DNA from: an uncultured bacterium
GTDB lineage: Bacteria > Cyanobacteriota > Cyanobacteriia > Cyanobacteriales > JASJDA01
Length of the DNA: 64,000 bases
Direction: 5' to 3'
NCBI GenBank assembly: GCA_964458305.1
Contig: CAYWIH010000006.1
Location: 5,884-69,883, forward strand
A model generated the notes under the pieces. The model made no database searches. It saw only the letters and a list, made by a program, of their open reading frames with translations, and was not told where the DNA came from. Each line of letters begins with the position of its first letter. Position 1 is the stretch's first letter. This document shows positions 51,701 through 58,934 of the stretch, in pieces. Made by a program: the position numbers and the translations under genes.

Positions 51701-52281
51701 ACGATTCTAATAATTCTACTCGTTATGAAGCTATATCTTGTTTGGGAAAAATTGCTATAGGTAATGAAAAGGCGATCGAAGCATTAATAACACTCGTACA
51801 TACTAAAGAAAGAGATATTTTTATAGAAGCTTGTAATAGCCTCGAAAATATTCTTCAAGGTGATTTCGTACCTCAAGCAATTTTCCTTTTAAAAGAGTTT
51901 ATAACCGATGAAATACACCAACAAAATTATTTACTCTACAAATCTTGCTATAAATTAATCGATCGTTGCTCGCAAATTGTTCCTTATACAGTCTTTTATC
52001 GAGCTTGTTACACTCCTAATCTAGAATATTATCAAAAACTTTTAAAAATCAAACAAAAAGTTAACGACAAAATAGGTGAGTTAATTTGTTCGATCGCTAT
52101 CTCTATTTTGTATCTGCGGAAATTTAAAATTAAGGAATTTTTGGCAACAAATAGGTTAGCAGCTCAAATATTAATCACAATTGACACATCGTCTCTCGAT
52201 CTTCTTAACTTACCTCAATCGCTAAAATTGCCAATTAAATTTATAAATATACTCAAAAAGCGATTTTTATCTCGATACTGA
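48757..52281 (+). CDS. NACHT-HEAT repeat STAND NTPase, apparently 5'-disrupted (possible pseudogene or frameshift)
   Basis: The frame is open from 48757. Walker A 'IAIVGKPGAGKTKLL' at 49039-49083, Walker B 'GWLLLDGLDE', and about 600 aa of HEAT/PBS-lyase-like repeats ('LGKIA.G...AI..L..LL'). The first ATG/GTG/TTG in this frame is the TTG at 49141, downstream of the P-loop. Confidence 0.75.
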   Translation, partial: KHSHKNNTPLEIHWQDVCGKILEKQREYGEFRRKATDRGFELKINVALSLVDRIQQQRKAKKEKEKEEKDRTFPGYYQFDRFLKEVIDTEKSKYIAIVGKPGAGKTKLLEDIAFWIQENNKGYPICVSLGKLKDLEDLEKKPLEEYLLKEWLEKALSYIKTKIDERHTDALKQLFREGKGWLLLDGLDEITASSSIKALARIKQELDGFFNGRVIITSRLNIGDGSSINLAGFETYLTLDFQQKQVEEFIQQWFAEADKKDKTNLALKKVKRLQSKLKETKNIKIKDLVRNPLSLSLLCQIFYVDDSVELPQTKAQLYRLFTQNFYRWKQEQHPDLIEKDKPVKKLHKALAKLSLAAIENKLRFRIKREFARETMGNKMFKLAWDLGWLNLVEKESQLQGTVYCFFHPTFQEYFAAQAVDDWHFFLDERSKDITKSIYGIFDSQWKEVILFWLGREDIKSDIKEKFISNLKEFRDFCQGFYGYQAYFLAAAGINEFQDCSLELTEEIVTKVIELSFGYFNEEIKQWIQFIEPITKPAKIALLETNQKIAIQFLIERLNNCKKSSVIQEIINILGKIAVGDDKAIATLKNLLEDKELNQNERISLCAAHNLGIIDPNNQKAIKTQIELLKTANHHWTQIDAAGSLQVIGNNDRLAINELTNILKTNDNTNILVFGTDTLEIIAVGNKKCIQELIEFINSDNNTWNCELAVSCLGKIAPGDSNAAESLKNLLQHTQNHFIFSRAVDSLKDILPDNLEIVELLNRIIQETENEEIKQSAFYYLEVINASNLIALEAQLEILKKNNNQIARNRVANKIISKYVGNKKAIESLDEIIQNLDLAPLRIIEFAEILAAIDPDNDTAIDSVIEIIEIARNDDIFKEWEIVLARKEENENSDDSELFALQEREILEVQEQSNPNSSYRDCCKEAIESLGKIGQNNPKVISFIIELLNIKQPISSAVFETLAKIASNNEIAIDSLIEIILDNDSNNSTRYEAISCLGKIAIGNEKAIEALITLVHTKERDIFIEACNSLENILQGDFVPQAIFLLKEFITDEIHQQNYLLYKSCYKLIDRCSQIVPYTVFYRACYTPNLEYYQKLLKIKQKVNDKIGELICSIAISILYLRKFKIKEFLATNRLAAQILITIDTSSLDLLNLPQSLKLPIKFINILKKRFLSRY

Positions 52282-52733
52282 AGATCGGATTTTAAAAATT
52301 TATTTCACGAAAAAATCGTTAGTGGTAGTGAAGTTTACCTCCGTATTTTCACTAAACTAGTCTTCTAGCGCGTCTAAAATTCGATCCCTATTTTTGGTAA
52401 CTTTCATCGATCGCAGTTTTTTTGTTTTACTCGATCGAGTTTGCTAGCAAATATTTCCGCAAGTCAAGACAATGTTTCGATGTTGCCATTATTGCGATCG
52501 ACCAGCTTAAGAATCGATCGATTGTTATTAGTCAATTTGGCTGAAAATAATTAGTATAAAATCTCATGCTTATTTTTTTGCAAATCTTAATAATTAATAG
52601 TAAGGGTTAAAAAAAAGTACGCTAAAACTCGTTTAAATAAAGCTAAAAATAAAGACAAATTACTTATTTTCTCGAATCAATCGTATTTTAGCAAATAAAA
52701 TCTTTCTTGAAGAGGAAAACGATCGTGAATCAA

Positions 52734-53384
52734 ATGCAGCTTAAAAAGATAGTTATTGCTGGAACTCCAGGAGCGGGAAAAACTACTTTTATCAATACTA
52801 TAAGTCAAATTAAAACAGTTAATACAGATCGAAGAGCAACCGATAAAACTAGCTTGCTCAAATCACATACAACCGTTGGCATGGACTTCGGGAAAATAAA
52901 ACTTTACGACGATTTAGTCTTGCATCTTTATGGCACTCCCGGACAATCTAGATTTAATTTTATGTGGGAAGTTTTAATTACAAAAGCCGATGCATATATT
53001 TTATTAGTCGCAGCCAACCGTCCCGAAGAATTTCCAGAAGTTCGTCAAATTATGACCTTTATGAATCGTTTAATTGCAGTACCGATGATTGTTGGTTTGA
53101 CTCATGTTGACGCTGAAAATGCTCTATCCGCTTCCCAAGTTGCTGCTGGAATAGGACTTAAGAATCATCCAAATAAACCGCCATTTGTGAGTCTCAATGC
53201 TAATAACCCTAAATCTATTAAACAAACTTTAATTGCTTTATTAAAGCATCTCAAAGCACAACAAGTGCAAAATAAATCTTTGCAATTAGCAACTCAAACA
53301 AATCGGAAAATGATTAGTTACGATCGCCAGCAAAGACGTTTTAGAAAAACTGATTTTTTAAAAAGTGGTTTTTCCCTGCATTAA
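52734..53384 (+). CDS. Small Ras-like GTPase of the MglA/CvnD (COG2229) type
   Basis: G1 'GTPGAGKTT', G2 Thr in 'TVGMDFG', G3 'GTPGQSRF', and 'THVD' at the G4 position. The start is uncertain: TTG 52707, GTG 52725 (with GAGGA 8 nt upstream) or ATG 52734. Confidence 0.7.
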   Translation: MQLKKIVIAGTPGAGKTTFINTISQIKTVNTDRRATDKTSLLKSHTTVGMDFGKIKLYDDLVLHLYGTPGQSRFNFMWEVLITKADAYILLVAANRPEEFPEVRQIMTFMNRLIAVPMIVGLTHVDAENALSASQVAAGIGLKNHPNKPPFVSLNANNPKSIKQTLIALLKHLKAQQVQNKSLQLATQTNRKMISYDRQQRRFRKTDFLKSGFSLH

Positions 53385-53415
53385 TTATTGCCAATTTATT
53401 TTCAACTCATAATTT

Positions 53416-53446
53416 AACCTCCTCAGATCTAACTGAAGAGGTTTTT
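53416..53446 (+). terminator. Putative intrinsic terminator after the GTPase gene, between convergent genes
   Basis: Stem 'aacctcctcag'/'ctgaagaggtt' with one mismatch and a 6-nt loop, followed by 'ttt'. Confidence 0.45.
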
Positions 53447-53449
53447 AAT

Positions 53450-53902
53450 TTATTCTTTGAGGTAACGACATCCAGAGGTACAAGTTTCTTGAATTTCCAC
53501 CGCATAAAGTCCGGGTAAACCAGCTTTTTCTAACTTGTTAAAAATCCAGCGGGCTACTTGTTCGCTAGTAGGATTTTCTAAACCCATAGTTTCGTTGAGG
53601 TAGTAGTGATCTAAATATCGATCTAAAAGAGGTTGCAGGTATTCTTTAATATCCCCATAATCGATAACCATACCCTTTTTCGGGCCATTTTCGATTAAAG
53701 CATTTCCTTTAACATATACTTTCCCCAGCCAACTATGTCCGTGCAAGCGACTGCATTTACCATTATGATGGGGTAATTTATGAGCCGCTTCAAAACGAAA
53801 TTCTTTATATATTAACCATTCTTCCACTGTTTCGATCGCTTGGCTGACATTTTTTGATGTTAATTTTATTGTTACTATCTTAACAAACTCATTATTGCTC
53901 AA
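53450..53902 (-). CDS. queD: 6-carboxytetrahydropterin / 6-pyruvoyl-tetrahydropterin synthase (QueD/PTPS family)
   Basis: 150 aa with a TTG start. 'FRFEAAHKL' and the active-site motif 'CSRLHGHSW'. Confidence 0.8.
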   Translation of the reverse strand: MSNNEFVKIVTIKLTSKNVSQAIETVEEWLIYKEFRFEAAHKLPHHNGKCSRLHGHSWLGKVYVKGNALIENGPKKGMVIDYGDIKEYLQPLLDRYLDHYYLNETMGLENPTSEQVARWIFNKLEKAGLPGLYAVEIQETCTSGCRYLKE

Positions 53903-54082
53903 TTCAAGGTTGAATTAGCAGTTCTAGAGGCAAACAACATTATAATTTAAGAAAAGTTTTATTCTTTTAAGGTAAAACCCTCGAGAGAATAAAATTAACA
54001 AAATATTGAGCTTTTAAAAATCCTAAATATTTTAATTTTTATTTCTCAATAATTCGAGCAAATATTTACTCCGATCGATCGA

Positions 54083-54865
54083 TTAATCGAGCATGGGTAA
54101 AAGTTCTTCTACTAAACGTTTAATTGCCAGAAAAACGATCCCTTGCTTGGCTTCTTTCGTTGCCAAAATCAGTAAAGCCACTTCTTCGCCACAACCAACC
54201 AAAATACTGTAACCTTTTTCCCCTTCAACTAAAACCCGTTCGATCGCCCCTCGAGCCAGATCGAACGCGATGCGATCGCCCAAAGATAGCATTGCTGCTG
54301 ACATAGCCGCAGTTCTTTCTTCGTCAAGGGGATCGGGTAAAACTGCAGTTATCGGCAACCCATCGGGGCTAACCAAAATTGCTCCTTCAATCTGTGGAGT
54401 ATTGACAATAAAGTCTTGTAATTTATTTTGTAAACTGGATACTTCTATCATGTTAGGCTTTTCAAGCAATTCATCGTTAAAAGTTTTACTTATTGTAATA
54501 TCAGAAGATCGATAATGTTTGAGAATAGCAATTAAATCTTCTTTAGAAATTGGTTTGGCTAAATAATAATCTGCCCCCTGTTTTATGCCCCAATACTTAT
54601 CCATTTCACTATTTTTATTCGAACAAAGGATAATTGGGATATGGCTTGTTTTGATACTATCTTTAAGAATACGACAAATTTCAAATCCGCTGCGATTTGG
54701 TAAAACAATATCTAAAATAATTAAACTTGGTTTATTGGTGTCAATTTTGTCTAGAGCATCTTCACCGCTTTCAGAAATACAAACTGAAAAGCCTTCTTGC
54801 TCCAAACAAATCTTAATAATTTCTCTATCCGTGATACTATCTTCAACTATGAGGGCAGTTTCCAT
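54083..54865 (-). CDS. Response regulator: receiver domain fused to a Roadblock/LC7 (MglB-like) domain
   Basis: 260 aa. REC motifs are 'LIVEDS', phospho-acceptor 'LIILDIVLP' and 'YYLAKP'. The C-terminal 'IEGAILVSPDGLPI...DEERTAAMSAAMLSLG' is Roadblock/LC7-like. Confidence 0.8.
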   Translation of the reverse strand: METALIVEDSITDREIIKICLEQEGFSVCISESGEDALDKIDTNKPSLIILDIVLPNRSGFEICRILKDSIKTSHIPIILCSNKNSEMDKYWGIKQGADYYLAKPISKEDLIAILKHYRSSDITISKTFNDELLEKPNMIEVSSLQNKLQDFIVNTPQIEGAILVSPDGLPITAVLPDPLDEERTAAMSAAMLSLGDRIAFDLARGAIERVLVEGEKGYSILVGCGEEVALLILATKEAKQGIVFLAIKRLVEELLPMLD

Positions 54866-55056
54866 ATTGTCTTGCTACCTCGATCTCGATCTTCGCGATC
54901 GGCTAACTTGATTAAAACTATTAAAGTAAATTGTTATTATACCGTTTCAGTTTAATATTGCTACACTCGATCGCTTCTGAGTTCGGCAAGTGTAGCCTCT
55001 TGTTTCGCGCCTCTGCTATTAGGATAAGGCAAGGTAGATAAATAAAGGTAAAAGAA

Positions 55057-55084
55057 GGGATAAAAAACCAGGATTTATTATCCC
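55057..55084 (-). terminator. Putative intrinsic terminator after the ACP-AONS gene
   Basis: 7-bp stem 'gggataa'/'ttatccc' with a 14-nt loop. The minus strand continues 'ttcttttacctttattt'. Confidence 0.4.
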
Positions 55085-55162
55085 TATCCCTGGGAAGATA
55101 ATTCTTATTTTTACTCTCAAGTAATTAAGCTTAAAGATCGTCGTCAGTAATTTTTTCCCTAT

Positions 55163-56737
55163 CTATATAAGAGTTGAATTTTTACCTTTGAGTAGATCTA
55201 ATTCTTCACTTAAGGCATCGACGGTAAAACGAATTTGCTCTTCTGTATGAGTACAAGTTATAAAAAAACGTAACCTCGCCTCATTTTGAGGTACGGAAGG
55301 GTAAAACATAAAGGGAACGTTGATGCCGCGAGCGAAAAGATGGCGAGAAAGGACAACAGACTTTAAAGAATCGCCGACCACGATCGGAATTACTGGAGAA
55401 TCTTTAGAGATACCAGTATTCAAGCCTCGCTCCTTAGCTAATTGTAAAAATAATTTAGCTCTTTGATGCAAGATTTTGACTCTTTGGGGTTCTTTTTTAA
55501 GTAACTCGATCGCGGCTAGAGTAGCTGCGGCATTAGGTGGGGCCATACCGACGCTAAAAACGAAACCGGGGGCAGTATATTTAAGATACTCGATTAAAGC
55601 CGCAGATCCAGCGATATACCCCCCACAACTAGCAAAAGACTTGCTAAGAGTTCCCATCCATAAATCTACATCATTGGGGTCTACAGCGAAATATTCGCCG
55701 ATACCGCGACCGTTTTCCCCTAAGACTCCGATCGAATGGGCTTCATCTACCATCAAAAAAGTTTTATGCCGCTTTTTAATTTCGATAAACTGCGGTAAAG
55801 GTGCGATATCGCCGTCGGTGCTGTAAATACCTTCAATAACGATTAAAACTCGCTTGTAATAGCTGCGGCGATCGCTCAATATTTCATCTAATTTTTCCCA
55901 GTCGTTGTGAGGAAAAGCTAGGACTGTCGCTCCAGATAAAAAACAGCCTTGTAAAATACTATTGTGAGAGAGGCTGTCGTGTACGATCAAATCGTTTTTA
56001 CCGAATAAATGACCGATGGTACTGACGTTAGTAGCGTGACCGCCGACGTACACTATACTAGCTTCAGTGCCGATAAAAGCGGCAATTTCTCGCTCTAATT
56101 CTTGGTGTAAAGGTTTTTCCCCGCAAACCAAACGACTCGCACAAGCAGAAGTTCCGTAACGGGCGATCGCTTGATTGGCTGCCGCAGATACGAACGGATC
56201 GCCGCACATATCTAAATAATTGTAAGTCGCGTAATTGATAAACTGGCGATCGCCAATAGTTGTAGTATTATTAACAATTCCTTCTTGAGGGATAAAAAAG
56301 GGATTGCCCAGACCCAAAGATTCGATTTCTTGTTGCTGTAATTTTAATTGTTTGTATTCGGGAGAAAGTTCGAAATTGTAATATTCTGGTAAAATTTCTT
56401 CTGCTTGTCGTTCTGAAGCCGGATAAGATGAGTCTGGAAGGATTTCTGCGGCTAAATATTGCGCTAAGACCTCGATATTTTGATAGTCCCACAATAAAGT
56501 GGGTGCGAGCCTCCTGCCTAAAAAACTTTCTAATTCTCCAGATAAGTTTACTGCTTCGATCGAGTTGAGACTGTAATCGATAAAATCTCGTTTTGGATCG
56601 ATCTCGTCCGTTTCTAAATCTAGTTTTTTAGCTAATTTTTCGATCAACCAGTTTTTGATTTTCGTTTCAGAAACCTTAGCTATATCATAAGTTTGAGGAC
56701 TTTGTTTGCCATTGGGTATATCTTTAGATATTGTCAT
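55163..56737 (-). CDS. Carrier protein (ACP/PCP) fused to a PLP-dependent alpha-oxoamine synthase (BioF/Spt/CqsA family)
   Basis: 524 aa. The N-terminal PP-binding domain has Ser in 'DYSLNSIEAVNL'. The AONS core has 'HDSLSHNS', 'VDEAHSIG' and the PLP Lys in 'GTLSKSFASCGGY'. Confidence 0.87.
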   Translation of the reverse strand: MTISKDIPNGKQSPQTYDIAKVSETKIKNWLIEKLAKKLDLETDEIDPKRDFIDYSLNSIEAVNLSGELESFLGRRLAPTLLWDYQNIEVLAQYLAAEILPDSSYPASERQAEEILPEYYNFELSPEYKQLKLQQQEIESLGLGNPFFIPQEGIVNNTTTIGDRQFINYATYNYLDMCGDPFVSAAANQAIARYGTSACASRLVCGEKPLHQELEREIAAFIGTEASIVYVGGHATNVSTIGHLFGKNDLIVHDSLSHNSILQGCFLSGATVLAFPHNDWEKLDEILSDRRSYYKRVLIVIEGIYSTDGDIAPLPQFIEIKKRHKTFLMVDEAHSIGVLGENGRGIGEYFAVDPNDVDLWMGTLSKSFASCGGYIAGSAALIEYLKYTAPGFVFSVGMAPPNAAATLAAIELLKKEPQRVKILHQRAKLFLQLAKERGLNTGISKDSPVIPIVVGDSLKSVVLSRHLFARGINVPFMFYPSVPQNEARLRFFITCTHTEEQIRFTVDALSEELDLLKGKNSTLI

Positions 56738-57013
56738 AGTTTGCTCCTTACACCACGCTTATCGAGCAATTTGATTGCCAAGCTGTTTAATCTTTGTCTT
56801 CAAATGGTAAAACTAATCCAGAGGTTAACAAAAAAATTCTCTTAATGACAGCAAAACTTACAGATCGTCAGATCGACAGCATTGGAGATCTCGGTAGAAA
56901 CCTACCATAGTAAGTCCGCACAAAATTGAGATAATTTATTAATCTAAATTTGTTTATCAAAAAAAAATAATTAAAAAAATTAATTTTTGCTGTTAGTCTT
57001 CTGGCGAACCCTC

Positions 57014-58777
57014 CTACTCGATCGCTTCTAAAGTTCCGTTGAGAAAACCGGCCCGAGTTGCGTATCGCTGAATTTTACCGCTAGGAGTTTTAGGAATGCT
57101 TCCGGGTTTGAGTAAGATGGCAGCGTCTAATTGCAATTCGTGATATGTAAATACTACTTTACGAATAGATTTAATCAGTTCTGCGGGGGAAAAATTGCCG
57201 TTATTAGCGTTAATATTGGTTTTTTGACTGCGATAGTAAGAACGTTCTATTTCCGAGGCAATCGCTAATTTTTGTTGTCCGTCTTTGATAAAAGAAAATA
57301 CAGCAGAACAATGGGGTCTAATTTGGGGGTGATTTTCTGCGACGGTTTTTTCGATATCTTGAGGGTAATAGTTGCGACCGTTTAAAATTATTATGTCTTT
57401 GAGACGACCCGTACAATATAATTCACCCTCGGCCATAAATCCTAAATCTCCGGTACGTAAAAAAGGCCCTTCTTGAGTGTCTGCTAAATATGCTGCAAAA
57501 TTTTTTGCGGTTGCTTCGGGTTGTTGCCAATAACCTTGGGCTATGCTCGGCCCTTTTACCCAGATTTCCCCTATTTCTCCTTCAGCTTTTTCGATCGATG
57601 TTTCGGGATCGACGATAACTATTTTTTGATCCTGAATGCTGCGGCCGCAACTAACTAACTGACGTACCTTATCCTCATCTTCAAAGCTAGCTGGTTCGGC
57701 TCGATCGAACTCTAATTCTGCTGCTTTAACCGTCCGGGTTTTGACTCGATCGCTGCAAGCAATACCCGCAATTAATAAAGTAGCTTCAGCCATACCGTAA
57801 CAAGGATAAAATGCTTCGGGGCGAAAGCCAGTCGGGGCAAAATATTCGCTAAAAGCAGCGATTACTTGATAGTCGATCGGTTCTGCACCGTTAAAAGCTA
57901 CTTTCCAACTACTGAGATCGAGATCTTTGAGCTGTTCTGGTTTGATTTTACGCACGCAAAGATCGTAAGCAAAATTGGGGCCGCCGCTAGTAGTAGCTCG
58001 ATGACGCGAAATTGCTTGCAACCAGCGCAAAGGATTTTGTAAAAACATCAAAGGAGACATCAAAATTACCGGAAAGCCGCCGTAAAGGGGTTGTAAAACA
58101 CCTCCGATCGAACCCATATCGTGATAAGGTGGCAGCCAGATCGCTCCTTTACTATTATTGTCGTGTTCGAAACAGCGATAAATCGATTCTAAATTATGCA
58201 TTAAATTGCGGTGGGCGATCGCCACTCCTTTCGGTTCTGCTGTAGAGCCGGAAGTATATTGTAAAAAAGCCAAACTATCGCCGTCGAGTTTCGGTTTTTG
58301 CCAGTTGGTAGCTTGTTGTTTCGAGCAGCGATCGCTCAGGATTAATTTCAGGTTTTTGAGTTCGGGGACGTATTGATAGCAGCGTTCGAGATTGGCTTTA
58401 ATTGAATTGGTTGTTAAAGCAATTTTTACCCCTGCATTTGCTATAATTCTTTGAATGCGTTCGCTCGAACGGTTCGGTCGCGGTGGATACGCTGGAACTG
58501 CAATAATTCCAGCAAAAAGACAACCAAAAAATGCAGCAATGTATTCTAGACCTGGGGGATAAAGAAGTAAAACCCGATCGCCAGGTCGGGCAATAGTTTG
58601 TAATTTAGCCGCGATCGCCAAAGCAAGTAGTTCTAATTCTTTGTAAGTCAGACAAACAGCGTCATTCTCTCCGTCGACTAAAAATGTATAGCCGATTTTT
58701 TCTGGTTGATGTTCGGCCCGATAAGATAATAAATCTACTAAAGTGTCGAGGTGTAAATTTTTTTCTGAAAAACTCAT
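57014..58777 (-). CDS. Fatty acyl-AMP ligase (FAAL)
   Basis: 587 aa. FAAL-type N-terminus 'LVDLLSYRAEHQPEKIGYTFL', AMP-binding 'LQYTSGSTAEPKGV', 'GDLGF', and C-terminal 'PKTPSGKIQR'. Confidence 0.87.
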   Translation of the reverse strand: MSFSEKNLHLDTLVDLLSYRAEHQPEKIGYTFLVDGENDAVCLTYKELELLALAIAAKLQTIARPGDRVLLLYPPGLEYIAAFFGCLFAGIIAVPAYPPRPNRSSERIQRIIANAGVKIALTTNSIKANLERCYQYVPELKNLKLILSDRCSKQQATNWQKPKLDGDSLAFLQYTSGSTAEPKGVAIAHRNLMHNLESIYRCFEHDNNSKGAIWLPPYHDMGSIGGVLQPLYGGFPVILMSPLMFLQNPLRWLQAISRHRATTSGGPNFAYDLCVRKIKPEQLKDLDLSSWKVAFNGAEPIDYQVIAAFSEYFAPTGFRPEAFYPCYGMAEATLLIAGIACSDRVKTRTVKAAELEFDRAEPASFEDEDKVRQLVSCGRSIQDQKIVIVDPETSIEKAEGEIGEIWVKGPSIAQGYWQQPEATAKNFAAYLADTQEGPFLRTGDLGFMAEGELYCTGRLKDIIILNGRNYYPQDIEKTVAENHPQIRPHCSAVFSFIKDGQQKLAIASEIERSYYRSQKTNINANNGNFSPAELIKSIRKVVFTYHELQLDAAILLKPGSIPKTPSGKIQRYATRAGFLNGTLEAIE

Positions 58778-58934
58778 TTATGTTTTCGATTTTGTCAAGA
58801 TAAATTTGGATTGCCGTTTAAAAAATAAGATATGAAGCCAAATTTTCCAAGTAAATTTAGATAATTTAAGCTATATCGTAATCGATCTATCTCCGGCCCT
58901 AGAAATTTTTTAACCCATCGAACACAATTTTTAT

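Noticed and set aside
53903-54082. Possible preQ1 riboswitch upstream of queD
   Set aside because: I read both strands. A 'gttctagagg' string is present, but on the wrong strand relative to queD. The correct strand shows no P1 stem followed by an A-rich tail like the preQ1-I consensus. A covariance-model scan would settle it.
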